A stretch of 50,839 nt of DNA from a virus, in the IMG/VR virus record IMGVR_UViG_3300029858_000017; one strand, 5' to 3'. Made by a program: the position numbers and the translations under genes. Positions 49,710 through 50,839 of this stretch are shown here, one piece after another; positions within the stretch are counted from its first letter, which is position 1, and the number at the start of each line of letters is the position of its first letter. Under the pieces are notes generated by a model. That model saw nothing but the letters and a program-made list of their open reading frames with translations. It ran no database searches and was not told where the DNA came from.

Positions 49710-50839
49710 TTACACGTAAGAACCGGACGGCGGCTGGCACCAGATTTCGTCGTAGCCGGTGGTCTTCGTGATTTTGACCTTGACGCCTACGGCCCACTTC
49801 GCGGCCGTCTTGCTGGCGTTCGTGAACAGGTGCTTGAGGCCGGGGGTTGCGGTCTCCCACGTCGGGGATGCGTCCATTGCGTTGTTGCTGACGGAAAGGA
49901 CTACGGCGCTGTCGGCTGCGTAGTAGCGGAGCGAGACGAGGATTTTCTGTGCCTTTGCGTCGGTCTCGATGGGGCCGACGATGAACTCGATGCCGCTGAC
50001 GCTGCGCGTGAATGTGGTGGTGCGGGTCGCGCTGTTCCCGGCGCTGTCGGTGACTGTGACCTTCATCGTGTGCTGGCCGTCCGCGAGGCCTGCGAACTGC
50101 GCGGCCGTGAGGGCGAATGTGTAGGTCTGATTTCTGACGGCGTCCTCGATGGTGTCAACCTCTACGTCGTCGAGGCTCTTTACTACGGTGAGCTCGTCGG
50201 TGGTGTCCGCGTCGTTGACCGTGAAGGAAACGGAGGGCGGGCTCGTGACGGTGCCGAGGTTGGTGTCGCTGCCGGAAACGGTCGGGTCTACATTATGGAC
50301 GACAGTTCTGCTCGGGCCCGTGAGGTAGCTGCTGTATGCGCCTAGGTTGTCCTTCGCCCGGACACGCCATTGTACCGTGTTCGCGCTGCTGCCTACGCCG
50401 GTGTCCGTGTACGTGAGTGCGCTGCCCGCGTAAATCTGCGTGAACGAGCCGCTATTGATTTTGCGCTCGAGCTCGTAGCTGACTGCGCCTCCTTCGGGGT
50501 CGGTGCTGCCTGCCCACGTGATGACAGCGCCTTTCCCGCTGCGGATGGTCTCGGGTACCGTGATGCTGGGCGGGGTCGTCGGGGCTTGGTTCCAGACGAT
50601 GGTGTAGGCCCCGTCGCTGTCTGCGCTGTCAGATACCAAGATTCCAGAGGACAGATTCAAAGCCGGGCGCACGCCGACGTAGCCGTAGTACGCGCCGCTG
50701 TAGCTGCTGCTCCCGTCCGCGTGCACGACGCGCACGTAGGACGAGTACGACGAGTACGGGGAGCGAAGCCACCACCACCAGTTTTGCGAGGCGCTCAAGC
50801 TGCTGTTGTTATAGGTGCTGTTGCTGACGGCGTTCGCCG
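49710..50839 (-). CDS. DGR target protein 1, 3' portion (VR1, then FN3/Ig-like domains and C-terminal domain)
   Basis: The tracked ORF 49710..50798 'M' is an internal TTG. The frame stays open to the window end and joins 1..673. Downstream of VR1: ...PSITVPETIRSGKGAVITWAGSTDPEGGAVSYELERKINSGSFTQIYAG...VQWRVRAKDNLGAYS (FN3-like). Confidence 0.85.
   Translation of the reverse strand, partial: ANAVSNSTYNNSSLSASQNWWWWLRSPYSSYSSYVRVVHADGSSSYSGAYYGYVGVRPALNLSSGILVSDSADSDGAYTIVWNQAPTTPPSITVPETIRSGKGAVITWAGSTDPEGGAVSYELERKINSGSFTQIYAGSALTYTDTGVGSSANTVQWRVRAKDNLGAYSSYLTGPSRTVVHNVDPTVSGSDTNLGTVTSPPSVSFTVNDADTTDELTVVKSLDDVEVDTIEDAVRNQTYTFALTAAQFAGLADGQHTMKVTVTDSAGNSATRTTTFTRSVSGIEFIVGPIETDAKAQKILVSLRYYAADSAVVLSVSNNAMDASPTWETATPGLKHLFTNASKTAAKWAVGVKVKITKTTGYDEIWCQPPSGSYV
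50661..50767 (-). repeat. DGR variable repeat 1 (VR1), 107 nt
   Basis: Gapless alignment to TR 1917..2023 with 18 mismatches, all at TR coding-strand adenines. Encodes LRSPYSSYSSYVRVVHADGSSSYSGAYYGYVGVRPA versus TR-encoded VRSPNSSNSNNVRNVNTDGSSNNNNAYNGNNGVRPA. Confidence 0.92.
50741..50839. repeat. Terminal direct repeat copy 2 (identical to 1..99)
   Basis: See copy 1. Confidence 0.95.

Larger units (their letters stand above)
1..50839. mobile_element. Complete circular temperate tailed-phage genome (unique length 50,740 bp) with PBSX/Mu-like contractile tail module, lysogeny module and a DGR
   Basis: Exact 99-bp end overlap. A full gene set is recognisable from the ORF translations: terminase, portal, protease, capsid, sheath, tube, tape measure, baseplate, lysis, integrase, repressor. 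Confidence 0.9.

Overview
The window is a complete, circularly closed genome of a temperate contractile-tailed phage. Its unique length is 50,740 bp, because nt 1-99 are repeated exactly at 50741-50839. High GC, strong AGGAGG-type ribosome-binding sites and SleB, SPOR and XhlA-type genes suggest a clostridial/Firmicutes host; that is inference. About 70 tightly packed, often overlapping genes lie on the minus strand. Only the lysogeny module is on the plus strand (43207-45624: CI-like repressor, two small genes, tyrosine integrase), followed by a repeat-rich putative attP. Reading the minus strand from 43.1 kb downward: early promoter and operators, then small early genes. Next comes a recombination/replication module: DUF3560 protein, XRE regulator, fused SbcD-SbcC, replisome organizer with internal iterons, G39P-like loader, SleB-like hydrolase, Gp37/Gp68, RecU and SSB. 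A late regulator and leader follow, then a ParB-ParB-P-loop-radical SAM cluster, terS/terL, portal-MuF, protease and capsid. After these come neck genes, sheath, tube, chaperone, tape measure, baseplate and tail fibre. The series then crosses the junction into receptor-binding and lysis genes. The main finding is a complete diversity-generating retroelement (DGR) at 666-2480: avd, a 107-nt template repeat (TR), a spacer and a reverse transcriptase. It has two variable repeats (VRs) whose differences from TR fall only at TR adenines. VR1 lies in a 567-aa virion-type protein that spans the circular junction. VR2 lies about 23-28 kb away in a non-structural early-region protein, where the diversified domain appears fused to a MazG-like domain. 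That second target is the most unusual feature. All family names come from motif recognition by eye; no searches were run.
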